Made by a program: the position numbers and the translations under genes. This document shows positions 58,007-64,000 of a DNA stretch of 64,000 nucleotides, in pieces. The notes beneath the pieces were generated by a model. The model saw only the letters and a program-made list of their open reading frames with translations, was not told where the DNA came from and searched no databases. Source of the stretch: the human T2T-CHM13v2.0 reference genome, Homo sapiens; NCBI RefSeq assembly GCF_009914755.1, contig NC_060938.1; one strand, 5' to 3'. Position 1 is the stretch's first letter; each line of letters opens with the position of its first letter.

Positions 58007-60108
58007 TTTCTTTTTTTAAAAAATGAACATGACAAGTTGTTTATTGTCTCTGAGCCTCAGTTGCATTATCTGTAAAAATAATAATTATAATTGATTTGCA
58101 GAATGGTTGTGGGAGTCAAATAAGATACCCAACTGCTTGGCATAGTAGGTGAGCATTAAATGTTTATTTCCTTTCCTGTGGGTTTTATGTTGATTCTCGG
58201 AAAATGACTTCCTCCTTGGGGAGGAACGGCTGTTATTCATTATGCAGCTGGAACAATGACAATATGGATCTTTGGGAAACACCAGCTTCCCCTGCCCCAG
58301 CATAGGAAATGGAATGTCAGCCTCCCCCCGCTTACCCAAGTCCTCTGTGTCCAACTAGGCCAGCGAAAAATGAGAAGGGGCTGCAGTGCCTCTGCACTGT
58401 GTCCTCCCAGTTATATTTGTCCATTCTTCCATTCATGTATTCATTCATACAACACTCCATATGGCTGAGTGCCTACTGTGTGCAGGCCCAGGGCTGGGTG
58501 CTCGGACTCAGTGGTGAACAGATAGACTTGGCCACTGCCATCACAGAGAGTTCGTGGATGGAGGCGAGATACCCGCACACCTTGCGACAGCCTTAACTGT
58601 AACTGTGGTAAGAGCTATGGATAAAAAGTGTGGGCTCTGGGAGGGAATGACAGGGGGATCTCACTTGTTCTGAGGCCTGCAGGGCTTCCCTGAGGAATTG
58701 GTGCTGAAACTGAGATATGAAGGACAAATGGGAGTCAGCCAGGCAAAGTGGGTGGGGAGAAGAGAACCCCTTCCATCCTTGTACTCCCTACTTGCCCCCT
58801 TTCCCCATCAACTTGTGGGGTGGCCCATGTGGGTGCACACCCCAGCACTCCCTGCCACAAAGTTCTACCTGGGCCTCACCCCCAAAACCTCCTAGCTCAG
58901 CCCCTCCAGCCCCCTTCTCAAATGGCTGCAGGAACTAGAGTCTCCTTCTCAAAGAAGTTGTCCTAAGATGACAGCAGAGAAACGTGTCCCCTTCAAGGAG
59001 AACTTGCCTTCTACTCAAGGACACATACAGATGAAGTATCTTTAAAGAACAGAATCTAAAAACGGAGATCTCAGGCACTTTCTGGCCAGAGTTTTGGGGA
59101 ATCTTGTCAGTGTTTTGCTGACTCTACCCTGAGCACAATCTCCTGCCACATGGGTCCATCTTTCTTCTCTCCCTACGTCACTGCGATTCTTAGCCTCTCC
59201 CCACCAGAGCAAACAGGCAACACCCTGAGTCTGTCCTTCCTGCTTTGGCACAGCCAGAGGCCAGGGTCTGGAGCAGCCCAGGGCACCAGGTGAAGGTACA
59301 CAAGTGTTCCATCGCTGGGCCAGAGGACCCAGCCCAAACAAGGGCAAAAGATGAACTTGATGTCAGTCCTGGGCGAGGCTGGCCAACGGTCTGTCTGTGA
59401 GCCTCAAAAGGAAAAGAAGGAATCATGACGAATGGAGTCAGGCTGCTTTCATTTTCTTTTCTTGAGTAGGCTGCAGAGCCAGGCAGTGCTGGCAACAAGA
59501 GGCAAGCCCCTGTAGACCCTCTGCAGATGGGATGAGGACACATATGCCCGATTAGAGCATAGCCAGATGGTGGCATCTTTAGTGGCAGTGCTGTCCTGAG
59601 TGCTGTGCCATTGAAGGGATATTGATAACTTGGATGTAGATAGAGTGATCAAAGATGACACTAATCTGGGCAGAGAGATAATGAAAATCATCATAGTTAG
59701 CATTTAGATGCCTGGCCTGTTTCACTTTGCCACACACTTTTGCATTGTATTTAATTCTCATGATGACTCTAAGAAGTAGGAATGATGTCCCTAGGTGACA
59801 GATGAGGAAACAGAGACTTGGCAGGGGTAAGCTACATGCCCAAGGTCACATAGCTAATATGCGGTGAGTTGGGCTTGGAAAACCGTCTGAGGGTCTCACC
59901 AGCACTGACAAACTCCACTCCGCTATCCATCATCCATCCATCCATCCAACAAAGATTTAGTGAACTCCTTCCAAGTGTTGGGCGACATGTGAGGTAAGGC
60001 AGACAAAGTCCTGCTCTCATGGAGCTTACATCCTAGGAAGGAGACCGAGAATAAAGAAGTAAACCAATTTTAAAACATTTCACAGAAGTGCTATGAAAAA
60101 TAAAGTCA

Positions 60109-60222
<114 letters not shown>

Positions 60223-61814
60223 TTATAAAAAAAAAAAAAAAAATTAGCTGGGCATGGTGGCGTGCGCCTGTAGTACCAGCTAGTTGGGAGGCTGAGATGA
60301 GAGGATCGCTTAAGCCCAAGAAGTTGATAAATAAATAAATAAATAAATATAAATAAAAATAAAGTGAGGCAATAGGATAAGTCCATTTTACACTGAATGG
60401 CCAGGGAAGGTGTCTCTTAGGAATTGACATCTGTGGCAAAAGGGAGCCAGGTGGGGAGTGTCTGGGGAAGGCCTGTAGGCAGGGGTAGGTTTGGCATCTT
60501 TGAGAAACAGCATCAACTTGAATGGATTAAGTGAGCTGTGCTTCTAGACTGAGTTTCAAGAAATTGTTTAGGATAAATGTCAGGTCTTGTGCTTGGGCCC
60601 AGGGTACTGTGGACTTGCCTGGACTGGGCTGAGTGAGAGAGGCTGGAGTCTCAGTTGGTCTGGTAAAGTTAACACGATCTTGTTGTGCTGCGCTGATAAA
60701 GTAGTGTCTGGGGTGGAGAAGGGGATGGACTCTTTCCCCTGTGTGCTGGTCAGACCCACCAGGAGATCTGCATGCTCCCGGGCTGCACATGGACAAATTA
60801 GACTGTCTCGCCTGGAGAACTGCCACCAGGACAGTGAGCAGGATGGGGCGGAAAAACCACTTACTCCTGGCAGAGGAGATATGGGGAGGCACAAGCACTG
60901 CCTCCAGAAAAATCTAGGGTCAGTGGGAAGGAGTTACAAGGAATTAGATTTCTTTTACTTCTTTCTTCTTTTTTTTCATTGATAAAAGAGATATGTGCAA
61001 TATCTAAAGTAGAAAAAAAGCATTAGAAAAAGGAAAATGAATCATTTAAATCCCTTATCTACTATAGGCAATCACTGATGACATTTGGCATAATTTCTTT
61101 TCTAGGCTTAAGAAAACATACTGGGACCGGGTGTGGTGGCTCACGCCTGTAATCCCAGCACTTTGGGAGGCTGAGACTCTGTCAAAAAAAAAAAAAAAGA
61201 AAAAAGAAAAAGAAAGAAAACATACTGAAATCATACTGAGACTCTGTCAAGAAAAAAAAAAAGAAAAAGAAAGAAAACATACTGAAATCATACTGTGCAT
61301 ATGCATGATTTTATTGATGTGTCTATGCTTGTCTAGATGTTTAGGGAGGCAGTGGAGGAGAGGGGCTAGAGGCAGACTCTGGGTGCTTGGCCTGGGCTTG
61401 GATCCCAGATCTGCCTTTTATTACCTGTGTGACTCTGAGCAAGGGATTCCACCTCCCATCCCTCAGTCTCATCCAAAAAATGAGGGTAATATTAGTGTCT
61501 ACCACAGAGAGTTATTTGAGGAGTAAATGAGCCAATAGTAGTTATAAACACTAAAAACAGTGCTTGCACAAACCTAAGTTACATATTTAATACATAAGTA
61601 AATACCATCCTTCTTTTAACACAATAAGCATTTTATAGTGATGTCGAGAACTGTATGTAAACATCTTTCCATTGTCTGAATAAAATCCCTTCATATATTT
61701 TCCCATAGCTTATTGAGACATCCCCCAATGTGAGATATTGTGTATTTCTCATGTTGCACTACTTACAAGTGGCACATTTTTGATTGGTTCATTTGGATAG
61801 AGTCACAGAAGTAA

Positions 61815-62788
<974 letters not shown>

Positions 62789-64000
62789 TTAAGAACAGAC
62801 AATAATTTAACTGGAGATTTTAAAGATGTTTGATGCCTATCAAGAATTCATTTAGCAGAGGTGAGCACTGGTTTACACCTACCCTCTTTTAGCCCTAGAT
62901 AATTAGTGGAATCAAGTTTGAAATCCAGATCAGCTCATAGAGGTACAAAGACTAGTTAACAATGGTTGTCCCTGGGGAGGGGACCAATTGCTGGAGAATA
63001 CCTTCCTCATACCTCCCAGAGAAGATCTGACTGAAAATGAGCTGCCTCACTCACCATAAAGCCCTCTGTTTTAAAAATGTTCAGATGTCAGCCAGATAAC
63101 TGTATCCTCTACAGCAGCTTCTTGTAAACATGTGAGGTATACGGCAGTGCCGAGTGGAGGGAACCATGGCAGACTGCAAACAAGCATGGTTTTCCTAGAC
63201 ACTCAGACTCAAACACAGTTACAGATGGTGCTGGGCCAACAGCCAATTAAGACCCCAAGATTGCAAAGAGATAATCTAAAGAACACACACTTTACATGCA
63301 AGTGGCTGTCTTTCTGGGTGGATGGGCATGGCCCCCACTGAACCCCAGATATCTTTTCCAAGCTCTGATTCTTGCAAATCATCTCATGTGGAATGGAGAG
63401 GAAGCAGTGCCTTACCAAACTGACAATGGGAGGGGAGGACCACTCACTGGCACTGAGGGCCTTATGGGGACAGAGGATTCTATCCAGGGCTGGCATCAGG
63501 AGTGTGAGACCATTTTTCCATCCAACAATGCCAGTTTCAGGGAGAGAAAAATGAGGCCTCTAGAGTGCAGGTGCAAGAGCCCGGGAGGTGTTCTTGTCCC
63601 CTAGGGAAGCTGCAGAAGGCAACCAGTCAGAGGCAATGGGTTTTCACTGAATCCTATTCCTGGACCCAGTGAAAGAGCCAGTCCTGTACAGGTTGGGGTG
63701 GGCTGGGGGTGGGTGTTGCTGAGACTTGTGGCTCCAAGGGGCTCTAGGGAGAACTGGACATTAGGAAGGCTAGAGTCAGAGTGTGTGTCTTGGTGGGGAA
63801 GTCTGAGAGATCCCAGGATGGATTCCCAAACTGAACATTCGGTGCCTCTAGAAAGGCTACAGATGGGCCTGCTGGAAGAGGGAGTGAGGGCTCTTGGGGT
63901 CTGGGACAAGATAGAAGGGTCTGGAGGATTTGCTGCAGGGTTCTGAGGCCAGGGTGACCCATGGGGAACTTGGGTCCTTGAGTTTGTTAAATTTGGGGGG

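Overview
Human (or very close great-ape) genomic DNA, Alu-dense, which I recognise from the encoded proteins as the PLEKHD1-CCDC177 interval (14q24.1 from recall, not checked). The + strand carries the last six coding exons of PLEKHD1 (1394-5584). All are bounded by canonical AG/GT sites with consistent phases, followed by a 3' UTR. The - strand carries CCDC177: a non-coding first exon in a CpG island and a single coding exon (43170-45287, 705 aa, 9-Ala tract). Between them lie a processed RPL24 pseudogene, an orphan CpG-rich island with a near-perfect CTCF motif, and many Alu, MIR, L2, MLT1/MST, MER4 and MER DNA-transposon relics. I find no convincing new protein-coding gene. The most unusual signal is a series of independent DNA-repair or template-switch scars sitting in or at Alus. 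Three of them are copied from donors 1.1-1.7 kb away in this window: a 270-bp copy with a snap-back hairpin junction, a 62-bp flank copy, and a 16-bp insert primed by Alu-like microhomology. The others are a quasi-palindrome conversion, orphan Alu fragments and short tandem duplications. Repeat boundaries and subfamily names were read by eye and are approximate.
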